A stretch of DNA of 64,000 nt from Nanohaloarchaea archaeon SW_7_43_1 (GCA_003009795.1 PXPE01000001.1:320739-384738); one strand, 5' to 3'. Shown: positions 43,632-53,014, numbered from the stretch's first letter. Notes: generated from the sequence alone by a model not told the origin. Numbers and translations: made by a program.

Positions 43632-45479
43632 TCAGACTTCTTTTTTGAGTTCTTCTTCAAGTATTTTCGAGACAGTTCCGCCGTCAGCTTCAACTCTTCC
43701 CATTACCAGTCCCATCAGTGCTCCCTGGGCTCTCATTCCTTGTTCCTCGATCATTTCCTCTTTTTCATTAATAACATTCTGGACTACTTCCCGGATTTCT
43801 TCTTCGCTAGTCTTGGATTCTGCTACTTTTTCGATCGCCTCTTCTGGAGGCATGTGAACCATTTTCTCAAGAACTTTCTCAATGTCGCCTTTGGCAATTA
43901 AACCGTCTTCAAGTGCTTCAAATAGAGACTTGAAGTGTTCCTCAGCCAGTTTTTCCACTTTTACTCCTTCCGATTCGAGCCGGGAGTAGGTGTTTGTCAG
44001 AGTGTTTGCAGCAAGTTTTGGATTAAATTTCTGCTTCAGCTCCTCAAATATCAGCAGTTTTTTGGAGTGTACGATCTGTGATGCTAGTTCATCTCCTATT
44101 TCCTCCGAGTACTTTTTTTCTCTTTCTTCTAGAGTATCTGGTAGATTATTTCCAACCTCTTTGATTCTTTTATCTGATATCTGGATCGGCGGTATATCGG
44201 TTTCAGGGTACATCCTTGCGGCTCCGGGCAGCGGACGGGAGTAGCTAGTGGTAAAATCCTGTTCCGCGCTTCTCGTTTCTTCAGGTACTTCTTGTTCGTA
44301 CAGCATTTCTGCTCTTCTTTTCACTTCCTGAGCTGCTTTCTTCGCCTTCTGTTCTTCCGCTGCAATTATCGCTATTACATCTTCTTGCTCTTTATCAAAT
44401 ATATCCGCAAGTTCTTCAAACTCTTCCTCCAGTCCGTATCCACCGATATCTTCATCTGTATGAATTATCCCTCTCGGACCCTGGTTTCTCGCGTAATCGA
44501 CAAGTTCCTTTGCCAGATATCTTTCTCTGGAAATCTTTTCTTTCATCTTCCCGGTCATTTTCGGCAGTTTCAGTGCGTAGACTGCGCCATCATTCTCTAG
44601 AACTGTTGAGACCATTTCATTATCTGTTCCCTCAAATACGTAGGTTACGTTGTCGCCTACTACTTCAGAATCTGAGTTCAGGTTCTCACCTAGTTCAACA
44701 AGGTTCTTCTGTCTCTCAACTTCAAGTTCAATCAGTTTGTCGATATTTCTGACATCTTGGAATCCCTTGATCTCGACTCTTGCACCCTCTTCAATTGAAA
44801 CGTTGACGTCCTGCCTTATCGTTCCAAGCCCTCTTCTGGCTTTTCCGGTTGAGCGAAGAAGCATACCGATTTTCTCAGCGACTTCTCGGGCGTGTTCCGG
44901 ATTCTTAACTGAGGCATCTGTTCCGACCTCAATTAGCGGTATTCCCAGCCTGTTAAGGTCGTATACTGCTTTTTCCTGTGTTCTCTCATGTATTCCGGCG
45001 GATTCCTCCTCCAGCTCAATATCTTCGATTGATACTGTTCCGGATTCTGTTTCCAGTTCTCCGTCCAGTCCTATCATGGCGGTTCTCTGGAATCCTGAAG
45101 TGTTGGAGCCGTCGATCACCATTTTACGCATAACCTGTATCTCTGCCGGGATCTTCGCATCTATCATCCTTGTGAATGTCAGCGCTGTTTCGAGTGCTTC
45201 CTCATCCATTTCATGTGGTGGTTCTTCGTCAATTTCGACAAGACAGTTGTTTCTCTTGTAGTAATTGTAGACAAACTTTCTATCCTTCATTTCCTCGACT
45301 TCTGCTGCATGGTCTTTTCCACCGGATTCTCCTTTTACAGCCCTCAGGTATCTCTTTACCTGTGAGTCCGCTGCCTCGTCTTCAAGATCGATTGGACAGT
45401 CACAGAACAGTTTGGTCTCAGTTGATAGCTGCTGATGAATTTCTATTCCGCACTTAAAGCCGAGTTCTTTGTAATTCAT
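43632..45479 (-). CDS. gatE: Glu-tRNA(Gln) amidotransferase subunit E
   Basis: 615 aa. N-terminus GFKCGIEIHQQL...LFCDCP and the GatB/E-type kinase core are typical of archaeal GatE. gatD is nearby. Confidence 0.95.
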   Translation of the reverse strand: MNYKELGFKCGIEIHQQLSTETKLFCDCPIDLEDEAADSQVKRYLRAVKGESGGKDHAAEVEEMKDRKFVYNYYKRNNCLVEIDEEPPHEMDEEALETALTFTRMIDAKIPAEIQVMRKMVIDGSNTSGFQRTAMIGLDGELETESGTVSIEDIELEEESAGIHERTQEKAVYDLNRLGIPLIEVGTDASVKNPEHAREVAEKIGMLLRSTGKARRGLGTIRQDVNVSIEEGARVEIKGFQDVRNIDKLIELEVERQKNLVELGENLNSDSEVVGDNVTYVFEGTDNEMVSTVLENDGAVYALKLPKMTGKMKEKISRERYLAKELVDYARNQGPRGIIHTDEDIGGYGLEEEFEELADIFDKEQEDVIAIIAAEEQKAKKAAQEVKRRAEMLYEQEVPEETRSAEQDFTTSYSRPLPGAARMYPETDIPPIQISDKRIKEVGNNLPDTLEEREKKYSEEIGDELASQIVHSKKLLIFEELKQKFNPKLAANTLTNTYSRLESEGVKVEKLAEEHFKSLFEALEDGLIAKGDIEKVLEKMVHMPPEEAIEKVAESKTSEEEIREVVQNVINEKEEMIEEQGMRAQGALMGLVMGRVEADGGTVSKILEEELKKEV

Positions 45480-45793
45480 TTTTCTAGGAATTCGTCTGCC
45501 AGTTCAATTAGATCTTCTCTATCGGTTTTTCTCTTGTTGAAGATTTTTAGTTCAAGTCTATGATCAGCTACTTCGCTGTATGCACTGACTTTTGTTTCTT
45601 CTCTGTAGAATTCATTTACCTTTACGATACCGTGGTATCGGGAGTCGATGGCTGATTCTATATCCTTTAGCTCAACTGTCTCTAATTCTGTGTTTTCCGC
45701 TGCGTAATCGAAAAATTCCTTAGCGGTATCTGAATCTTCGAATTCTATGCCGTATTCGGTCGGTTCATGCCTGTTTTTCTGATTAGATGCCAA
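45476..45793 (-). CDS. acidic hypothetical protein
   Basis: 105-aa ORF that overlaps gatE by 4 nt and the upstream kinase gene by 11 nt. No motif recognised. Confidence 0.5.
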   Translation of the reverse strand: MASNQKNRHEPTEYGIEFEDSDTAKEFFDYAAENTELETVELKDIESAIDSRYHGIVKVNEFYREETKVSAYSEVADHRLELKIFNKRKTDREDLIELADEFLEK

Positions 45794-46289
45794 TATGTTT
45801 CACCTTTTCTTCTAATTCCTCCAATGTTCCTTCATTTTTAATTAGATGATCGCTCAGTGCCATCATGTTTCCGATTCCGTTTCCTAGTTCCCGCCAGTCC
45901 CGTTCCTCGAATTTCTGGCCTTCTACATCTTCCTTTCTCTGCCGTTTTTCCCGTCTCTGTCTCCGAGTCTTGCGGCTGCTCCATACTGCTATTATATTTA
46001 TTTCTTCACCGGTCTCTTGTTCAAATCTCTCTTTTTCTTCCCAACCTCTCATCCCGGTTATCATAATTTTTTCGTTTTCATATATTATTTCCTCAAGATA
46101 GGGAACGGATAGTTGAGCGATCGCATTCATTCCGTGTTTGTCTCTCATTGAGTTGACAAATTCTCCCTCATTTCCAGGTTCTATACCTCTTTTTCCCATT
46201 TCTATCCTTACTACTTCACCCATGTCAAGAACAGTGTATCCTTTTTCTTCCATTAAATCGGCTACCGTTGTTTTACCTGATAGAGGCAT
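45783..46289 (-). CDS. P-loop nucleotide kinase (UPF0200 / dephospho-CoA-kinase-like); true start probably upstream at a non-canonical codon
   Basis: MPLSGKTTVADLMEEKGY. The in-frame upstream codons read PIPKILGVTG, which completes the Walker A GxxxxGKT (see finding at 46287-46340). Confidence 0.6.
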   Translation of the reverse strand: MPLSGKTTVADLMEEKGYTVLDMGEVVRIEMGKRGIEPGNEGEFVNSMRDKHGMNAIAQLSVPYLEEIIYENEKIMITGMRGWEEKERFEQETGEEINIIAVWSSRKTRRQRREKRQRKEDVEGQKFEERDWRELGNGIGNMMALSDHLIKNEGTLEELEEKVKHIGI

Positions 46290-46300
46290 TCCTGTTACTC

Positions 46301-46588
46301 CTAGGATCTTAGGAATTGGAAAACACCTTTTTTCTCCTTTCTTTTCTCATTTTTTATTCTATCTTTCACCATGTTTTTCGCCACCTGGTACTCTGTGAAA
46401 TCCTCTATATCTTCTACATTAACACCGGCTAGGTTAATTATTCTTTCCGGGTTGTCAAGTTCCATACCGTTGTCGTATCCCTCGCATAAGGCGAACTCTC
46501 TGAGTATGTTTCTCAGTCTTTGCTTGTTCCCGTTTTCGAGGAATTTCTTGGCTTTCCTATCAAATTCGTCTAGGCTGTGTTCACTCAT
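46301..46588 (-). CDS. hypothetical protein
   Basis: The ORF 46301..46621 overlaps the gatD 3' end. The internal ATG (MSEHSLDEF, 46586-46588) reduces the overlap to 8 nt. No motif recognised. Confidence 0.45.
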   Translation of the reverse strand: MSEHSLDEFDRKAKKFLENGNKQRLRNILREFALCEGYDNGMELDNPERIINLAGVNVEDIEDFTEYQVAKNMVKDRIKNEKRKEKKGVFQFLRS

Positions 46589-47918
46589 TGTAGATCGATC
46601 GTTTCTGTGTCTCCCCTGCAATATTGCTCTTGAAAACTTGTTTTGCTTCTTCTAGGTCTTCCCCTTGACCTAGAGACCACATCAGCTTTACGTAAGCCAG
46701 TTCCGGATGCATATCTTTTGCCTCAATTACTCCGGTTTCTTTGATCTTCAAACCGGCATCGTACACGTTCATGTTGGTTCTACCGTATATACATTCTGAA
46801 GACATTACTACAACTGCGTTTTCAGTTATCTCTTCCACTTTTTCGAGTATTTCTTCGTGATGTTCTGTCTTACTGTCGAATGAGTTTACAGGCATGTGTC
46901 CCAGTCCTGTACCCTCAATTATAACGCCGTTATATCCTTTTTTCTTTATCCAATTTAGTTCCTCTGGTTTCATCCCCGGTCTTACTTTAATATATCCTAT
47001 CTGAGTATCAAGATCGAATTTCGGTTCATATTCCTCGTTGTTCTCTGTTTTGTTTTCTATTTCTACCGTGTCTTCTCGGTAGTCTACTAACCCTATTCTT
47101 TGTGCGTTGACTGTCTCAAATGCATCTCTTCTTGAGGTATGCATCTTTCTTATCTTATTTGCTGGCATTAGACTGCATAAATCGTCATCTACGGTGGAAT
47201 GCATGCATACACTGATTCCTTCGAAATCTGTATCTTTCAAGAACTTTGCGGCTGAGTAAAGGTTTTGAGCGGCATCGCTGCTTGGCCTGTCAGATGACCT
47301 CTGAGAACCTACCAGTATCACTCCTGTATCAATTCCCTTCAGCATAAGCGAGAGGGCTTGACCGGTATACTGCATTGTATCCGTTCCATGACCGATGATT
47401 ATGCCATCGTACTCATCTTTCTCCTCGTCTATTTTTCTGGCTATCTCCTGCCAGTGTTCCGGTTCCATGTCTTCGGAGAGCATCTGGGCTATAACTTTTG
47501 AGTGCAGGTTACAGATTTCTCCAAGCTCTGGATACATCTCTAAGAGCGCTTCTGGATCAAAAGCAGGTTTTACCCCTCCTTCCTCGTATGAGACTCTAGA
47601 GGCTATAGTTCCTCCAGTGTGGAGAATCAGTATATCTGGCCTATCTTTTGAGTGTTCTATCTCTGTTTGGTTGCTATCTTCTGTTTCTTTTTTCTCTATA
47701 AGTTCTATTTGGTCTGTTTTTACACCTATATTGTAGCCGCTGTCAAGTTTGATTATAACTGATTCCGGGTCACCATTTTCTGGTTTAGGCATAAGTCTGC
47801 CTGTGTTGTTACCGGCTTTGATCTCATCGCCCGGCTCTATATCCTTTTTTTCCAATGTTTGCCGGATTTGTTCAGAATACATAGTAGAAAGTGGTCGGGT
47901 TGAAATCTTAATAATCAA
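46581..47918 (-). CDS. gatD: Glu-tRNA(Gln) amidotransferase subunit D
   Basis: Asparaginase-type motifs ILHTGGTIASRV and GHGTDTM. The N-terminal start is ambiguous: TTG at 47918 or ATG at 47882. Confidence 0.93.
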   Translation of the reverse strand: MIIKISTRPLSTMYSEQIRQTLEKKDIEPGDEIKAGNNTGRLMPKPENGDPESVIIKLDSGYNIGVKTDQIELIEKKETEDSNQTEIEHSKDRPDILILHTGGTIASRVSYEEGGVKPAFDPEALLEMYPELGEICNLHSKVIAQMLSEDMEPEHWQEIARKIDEEKDEYDGIIIGHGTDTMQYTGQALSLMLKGIDTGVILVGSQRSSDRPSSDAAQNLYSAAKFLKDTDFEGISVCMHSTVDDDLCSLMPANKIRKMHTSRRDAFETVNAQRIGLVDYREDTVEIENKTENNEEYEPKFDLDTQIGYIKVRPGMKPEELNWIKKKGYNGVIIEGTGLGHMPVNSFDSKTEHHEEILEKVEEITENAVVVMSSECIYGRTNMNVYDAGLKIKETGVIEAKDMHPELAYVKLMWSLGQGEDLEEAKQVFKSNIAGETQKRSIYNE

Positions 47919-47944
47919 TTGGAAATACAGGCTTCAAATATCGC

Positions 47945-48664
47945 TTATTGTCGGTAGTTCTGTACATCAACCTGTATGAAGTCAGCTCCTGTTGGAAGCC
48001 TGAAGAAGATATCGTAAGTAAATAGGTTGCTATCGATTGTTGCCTGGACCTCTCCCGTTCCTATGAAATCGCCGGTGTTTGCGGTTGTATAACCGGTGCC
48101 GTTGCTTGTTGATTTTTTATCGTTTAATTCGATTGAGAGGTTTGCATTAAGTTTTCTGTTCTCATCCTTGAACTCGTAGAGGGTAAGTAGCTCTGAAGTG
48201 TTTATACTTTCAGGGTTTGATTCGTTACCTATTTTCTTGATGCATGCTTTGATATGTTCGTTTTCCATCATATAACAATTTGTCCCGCCTACAGTTGTTT
48301 CACTGACGTTGACGTCTGCAGAAGAGCTTAAAAGCACGTTTCCTTCTCCGGCTGTGGTTTGTGGTGATATTACATCTGCATTTGTCTCCAGCTCATATAT
48401 CAGTGTTTTTGTATCATTGTCAAAGTATATTTCTCCTTTATCAAATTCCCCGCTAACCGTTCTTGTAGATCCTTCTCCCTCTGTTACAACTGTTTGAACG
48501 TTAGAATCTAGTTCCTGCATAAAGCTTTGGGCCTGTCTCACTGAGGCGGCATCCTGCATGTTCTCCAAAGCTGGTACTCCCGCAGTCAATGCAACTGATA
48601 TGGCTGATACCGTTACACCAATGTATATAGCGGAGGTTGCTACCTGGGAAACGCCTTTAGACAT
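47945..48664 (-). CDS. pilin-like protein (class III signal), candidate major subunit of second cluster
   Basis: MSKGVSQVATSAIYIGVTVSAISVALTAG. An A/T box (AATATTTAAGCC on the minus strand, 48683-48694) lies about 20-30 nt upstream. Confidence 0.68.
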   Translation of the reverse strand: MSKGVSQVATSAIYIGVTVSAISVALTAGVPALENMQDAASVRQAQSFMQELDSNVQTVVTEGEGSTRTVSGEFDKGEIYFDNDTKTLIYELETNADVISPQTTAGEGNVLLSSSADVNVSETTVGGTNCYMMENEHIKACIKKIGNESNPESINTSELLTLYEFKDENRKLNANLSIELNDKKSTSNGTGYTTANTGDFIGTGEVQATIDSNLFTYDIFFRLPTGADFIQVDVQNYRQ

Positions 48665-48694
48665 AATTGTTTGTTGTTAATTCCGGCTTAAATA

Positions 48695-49249
48695 TTATCG
48701 GAGGATGTAATTACTCCAGCTCTCATACTCCGTACTTACTTTTACATGCCCCAAAAGCAGTGGGCTGGTGGTATTAAAACTGTCTGAAACATTCAGTTTC
48801 TCGGCCTCAAATCTGAATTCTTCTCGATCCTCGGATACAGATATTTCTTCATATTGGAGAGGTTCCAGAGTCTTATTAGTCCATGAACCATTGTAAAAGT
48901 TGTAAGATGTATCTTGATCCCTGTAATTGATTAGAACAGCGGTCTCCTTTTCGGGCAAAACAGTTAACTGGAATGCCGAGTAATCGATGCCTTTGGATGA
49001 AGATGTAGAGTTCACAAAACTGTTGAAACTGTAAAGCTCATTTCTTACATTTCCTGAGCTATAGTTTTCCGCCACTGCCTGATCGACTACCTTTGATTGC
49101 TGTTCTAAAGCCCCTTCAAAGTAAAACTGTGTGCTTACACCTCTTTCTACCAGGAAGACCTGCTGTATCGATATAAATGTGAGGATCAATAGGGAACCAA
49201 ATATCACAGCTGCAATAATGAAAACCTGTCCTTTAGATTTCATTTCCAC
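48695..49249 (-). CDS. pilin-like protein (class III signal, Gln at +1)
   Basis: MEMKSKGQVFIIAAVIFGSLLILTF. 184 aa. Confidence 0.65.
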   Translation of the reverse strand: MEMKSKGQVFIIAAVIFGSLLILTFISIQQVFLVERGVSTQFYFEGALEQQSKVVDQAVAENYSSGNVRNELYSFNSFVNSTSSSKGIDYSAFQLTVLPEKETAVLINYRDQDTSYNFYNGSWTNKTLEPLQYEEISVSEDREEFRFEAEKLNVSDSFNTTSPLLLGHVKVSTEYESWSNYILR

Positions 49250-49812
49250 ATAATCACCTGGACTTCTCTTTGTGCTCCGTCTACTAGGTTTCGGGAGATA
49301 ACAGAATCTGCTTCCGGAACAGTTCCCTTGCTGTACTGTTTCTGTACCTCAAAGGTGAGATAAGGAGCTCCGGTGAAGTTGAGGTACCCAGATCTTCGGG
49401 AGAGGACTACCTCATTGTAACCCTCGCTGCTTGAGCTGAAGACATCTTCACCTCTATAATTCACGTCGAAGCTATTGGTTGAATGAACCCAGAGAATCAG
49501 TTTCTTGTATCCTTGATCCAGTTCGTATTCCTGTTCGCTGTTAATCTTCTGTCTAGTTCTATTTATTTTGTTTATTCTAGCTGTGGAGTTGTAGTTTTTC
49601 GGCGTGTAAGGTTCTATGTTCTCCGTTATCTCGTTTGTAGAATTTCCTAGTTGATCTCTGTCCTGGAGTGAAAGCATGCCTTGTTCAACCGGTTCGAAAC
49701 TTGGTTCAGGCTCTGATACCGTATTCGGTATGACAAAAATTGATACTGAAAGAATTAATGATGAAGCTATCACTGCTTCAAGAGTGTACACAAAACCTTT
49801 TCTCATCGCCAA
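49240..49812 (-). CDS. pilin-like protein (class III signal)
   Basis: MAMRKGFVYTLEAVIASSLILSVSIFVI. 190 aa. 10-nt overlaps on both sides. Confidence 0.65.
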   Translation of the reverse strand: MAMRKGFVYTLEAVIASSLILSVSIFVIPNTVSEPEPSFEPVEQGMLSLQDRDQLGNSTNEITENIEPYTPKNYNSTARINKINRTRQKINSEQEYELDQGYKKLILWVHSTNSFDVNYRGEDVFSSSSEGYNEVVLSRRSGYLNFTGAPYLTFEVQKQYSKGTVPEADSVISRNLVDGAQREVQVIMWK

Positions 49813-52088
49813 ACCACCACTTTGTTCTGAATCGGCTCCAAGCCCCCCGTACGGTTTATTATAAGTGATTCAGTGTCTCTCACAAAAGTGTCTGTAAAAG
49901 GTATATTGTTACCTGCATTCAGAAGGCTTAGATTATTAGCCGGATCAATAAATACTTTTGAGCTTTGGACTTCCCAGCTTTTCGATGCATTCTCCGAGGT
50001 TCCATTGAAACCTAATTCTAACTGCTCTGAATCTCTAACGCCAATACTGTAGTTTTTAAGTCCTTCCTGGACAACCAGGTTCTGCCGGCCAAGTTGGTTC
50101 CCGAATTCGTTATAGGCATTGATTTGTGCTGATAAAGCGGTTTCATCAGGTACTGAAGCATTGATCTCCAGTTCGGTCCAGTTTTTCTCATCGTTATCTC
50201 CAAATCGGTTGCTGGTATAGTTTCCTTCGAACTTTCCGTTTTTACCTTTGAAGTAAAGATCTTCGACATCAGAGTTGGATAGGCTGCGGTTGTATATCCG
50301 GATTTCATCAAGTTTTCCATCATAGTGTGTCTCGTTATCGGCTTCGGCTCCTAACGCTATAGAGTTGGTATTTGTTGAAGGGGAACCGGTATCATCAGTG
50401 TCTGAAGCTCTTCTTTCACCATTCACGTAGATATACCTATTGTTGTTAGAATCATCAAATACCGCGGTTAAATGGTACCAGTTACCGACATTGATCAGAT
50501 CTGAGGTATCAAGACTGACGGTATCCATTCCCCTCACAAAAAACCTTAATCTGCCCTGACCAGGATCACCGTAAGATAATGCCCAGCCGTTACCGCCTGA
50601 ATCTTTTTCCACCAATCTCTGACCGGAGGAAGGCCTTGAATCAGGATTAATCCATAAAGATAACGAAAAATCACCGGTCTGAATATTATCTGATATACCT
50701 GTATCAACATAATCATCGGTGCCATCAAAGTCAAATGATTGAGTACTGAAAGTACCGTTAACTCCTCTATTTACTCCGTTTTCAGGTATTCCATCATTTC
50801 CTTCACCGGAATAATCAATGACATTACCGGATTCTCTGTCCATCCGCCAGTATCCTACCAAGCCTTTGGTTAGGTCAATGCCTGCTGATCCATCTCTGTA
50901 TCCGATTCCCAAAGTACCTGAATTGTTTTTCCTATCTGCTGAAGTCCCGGTATAACTTCCTTTATTCCAGTCTCCTTGGTTTGATATGTACTGTTGAATG
51001 GTTCTGAATTTCTGTTTGGCGGCTTCTGCGAAACCGAATGTTATATTGTATCCTTGGTTTCCGAGCTCCAGTTTTTTCTCAAGTTCCTGCTGTCCAATAG
51101 TGTTTAGTTCCCTGATATTTTCCCTGGTTGCACCTCTTATTTTTTCTGATACACCGAAATAGATTTCGCCTTCTTTGTACGTTTTAGCTCTTTTCCATCC
51201 TTCAACATAATCTGAGTTATGAAGCATAATCCTAAGCCTGTCAGTCTCTATTTCTGCCTTCACCACATCAGATCCATCAGATTTCGTGACGTTGGCGTCT
51301 AGATCTCCGATAAAGCTTATTCCGTAATTGGATGCAACTGTGAACCCTTTTGTCTGGTTTGATTTAGATACCTGACCTTCTAGAGGCGTGGTTGAGTTAT
51401 CGTTCTCCCAGTAAAGGGTTGAAAGGTTTTTGAGATAGAAGGTTGTGGTCTGAGTATCTTCTACAATTATCTCCGGTGTTTCCTCATAAACTGTCAGGTT
51501 ACCGTCGAAGGTTGAAGCCGAGATCGTCTTTTTTTCAGTACTGTAGTCTGTATACTGGAAGGTTGCATTATCGTTTAGTAACTCATTCCCTTCTATCTGT
51601 AAAGAGGTAAGTCCGGGGTTTTCAGGATTTACTGTTATCAAACTGTTTGAGATATCCCCATTGGTTGAAATATTGGTCGTACTTGTGTTATCTAGAATGC
51701 TTTCTTCGTAGTGACTCATTTCATAGGTTGAGTTACTGCCTTCAATTACAGCTTTCACGTTTTTCCCGCTTACGTTGATGTTTGAGGTTGTATTCATCGA
51801 CCCTGAGTTTTTCGCAGTCGAGCCATGGAAAATATGGGGTTGGTTGACAGGTATATCATACTCCAGTTCTACAGGTGTTCTCACGTAGAGATTGGTTTTA
51901 CGGCCTTCGATATAGGTTTCTTCCTCTAGGTTTGAGGAAATCTCTGCAAGCTTGTTCTGGATTCCCGATGAGTCTAGTACCTGTAGTTCAGGCTGTGAGA
52001 TTATTATTACCGCTGAAAGGGTTGTAATCAGGAAAAGGGATAAGCCGATAGTCCAATCAATGTTTATTGCCTGACCTACGGATTTCAT
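49803..52088 (-). CDS. large pilin-like protein with LamG (concanavalin-A-like lectin) domain
   Basis: N-terminus MKSVGQAINIDWTIGLSLFLITTLSAVIII. The central region GLVGYWRMDRESGNVIDYSGEGNDG...FDFDGTDDYVDTG...FSLSLWINPD...GNWYHLTAVFD...YIYVNGE...GKLDEIRIYNRSLS is a clear Laminin_G_3 pattern. Dense N-x-S/T sequons. Confidence 0.8.
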   Translation of the reverse strand: MKSVGQAINIDWTIGLSLFLITTLSAVIIISQPELQVLDSSGIQNKLAEISSNLEEETYIEGRKTNLYVRTPVELEYDIPVNQPHIFHGSTAKNSGSMNTTSNINVSGKNVKAVIEGSNSTYEMSHYEESILDNTSTTNISTNGDISNSLITVNPENPGLTSLQIEGNELLNDNATFQYTDYSTEKKTISASTFDGNLTVYEETPEIIVEDTQTTTFYLKNLSTLYWENDNSTTPLEGQVSKSNQTKGFTVASNYGISFIGDLDANVTKSDGSDVVKAEIETDRLRIMLHNSDYVEGWKRAKTYKEGEIYFGVSEKIRGATRENIRELNTIGQQELEKKLELGNQGYNITFGFAEAAKQKFRTIQQYISNQGDWNKGSYTGTSADRKNNSGTLGIGYRDGSAGIDLTKGLVGYWRMDRESGNVIDYSGEGNDGIPENGVNRGVNGTFSTQSFDFDGTDDYVDTGISDNIQTGDFSLSLWINPDSRPSSGQRLVEKDSGGNGWALSYGDPGQGRLRFFVRGMDTVSLDTSDLINVGNWYHLTAVFDDSNNNRYIYVNGERRASDTDDTGSPSTNTNSIALGAEADNETHYDGKLDEIRIYNRSLSNSDVEDLYFKGKNGKFEGNYTSNRFGDNDEKNWTELEINASVPDETALSAQINAYNEFGNQLGRQNLVVQEGLKNYSIGVRDSEQLELGFNGTSENASKSWEVQSSKVFIDPANNLSLLNAGNNIPFTDTFVRDTESLIINRTGGLEPIQNKVVVWR

Positions 52089-53014
52089 CAGTATATACCT
52101 ACTGAGTTTTCTCCTTCTTTGGTTATTTCAAAGTCATATCTTCCAGGTCTATATGATATATTGGAATCTAGATCTATTTCCGGATCGTAGATTACTCTTA
52201 CCTCCCGGATTTCAGGTAAAACGTATGCGAAGCTTGGTTTGATCTGTTCGAGGAACTCGTTTTGTTTGATCAGTTCTTTCCGGTTCTGGATTTTGTTGCG
52301 GTCTCCTTCGGTTAATGGTATAATGAAATCAGAAGATGCAGAATCAGACTTCATTACATACACGTTTTCCTCATCAATCCTTCTTGAGGCTGAAGACATT
52401 TCATCTGATACGATTCCGGAAGCTAATTCATCTCCCTCTGCGACCATGGCAGGGTAATCAGCTGAATCAAAACTTTGTTCACCTTCAACTTCCTCATTAT
52501 CAAAGTAGACATCATCGTTTGAAGTAAGATTGAACTCTATCTCCAAGGTGATGTTTTCAGGTTCAGCATAACTTCCACAGACAAGTCTGTTGAACAAACT
52601 TGGTCCTCCCACATGAGCGTTATCCAGTCCTGATACGGAGAAAAGCTCTGTTTCGTTAGCTAGACATGTTTCGCCTATTAAGGTGGTTCTTGTACTCATT
52701 TCGCTGGTACAGACATTTAACCGGTATCCTCCGAATGTGGAGAAATGTGCGTTATCTTCTCTACTGCTTAAATGGAAACCTGTTGTACCGGTACATCTTT
52801 CTTTTTGTATGTCTACATCTGAGATGCCTTCAATACAGAGGTTATTATCGTAATAACCGGGTTCTGCTGGATGACTGTATCGTTTATTGGGATCTGAGAT
52901 GGATATCAACGGTTCTTCCCGTGGTTCACATTGATCTCTGAACTCAGTTTCTATCTGTCCGGATACTGATGATACAAGAAGTATGCAAATAAGGGACAGG
53001 AATGTTTTTCTCAT
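52088..53014 (-). CDS. secreted Cys-rich protein (Sec-type signal)
   Basis: MRKTFLSLICILLVSSVSGQ signal. Eight Cys in the mature part and a duplicated DNAH...LN/LVC element. First gene of the operon. Confidence 0.6.
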   Translation of the reverse strand: MRKTFLSLICILLVSSVSGQIETEFRDQCEPREEPLISISDPNKRYSHPAEPGYYDNNLCIEGISDVDIQKERCTGTTGFHLSSREDNAHFSTFGGYRLNVCTSEMSTRTTLIGETCLANETELFSVSGLDNAHVGGPSLFNRLVCGSYAEPENITLEIEFNLTSNDDVYFDNEEVEGEQSFDSADYPAMVAEGDELASGIVSDEMSSASRRIDEENVYVMKSDSASSDFIIPLTEGDRNKIQNRKELIKQNEFLEQIKPSFAYVLPEIREVRVIYDPEIDLDSNISYRPGRYDFEITKEGENSVGIY

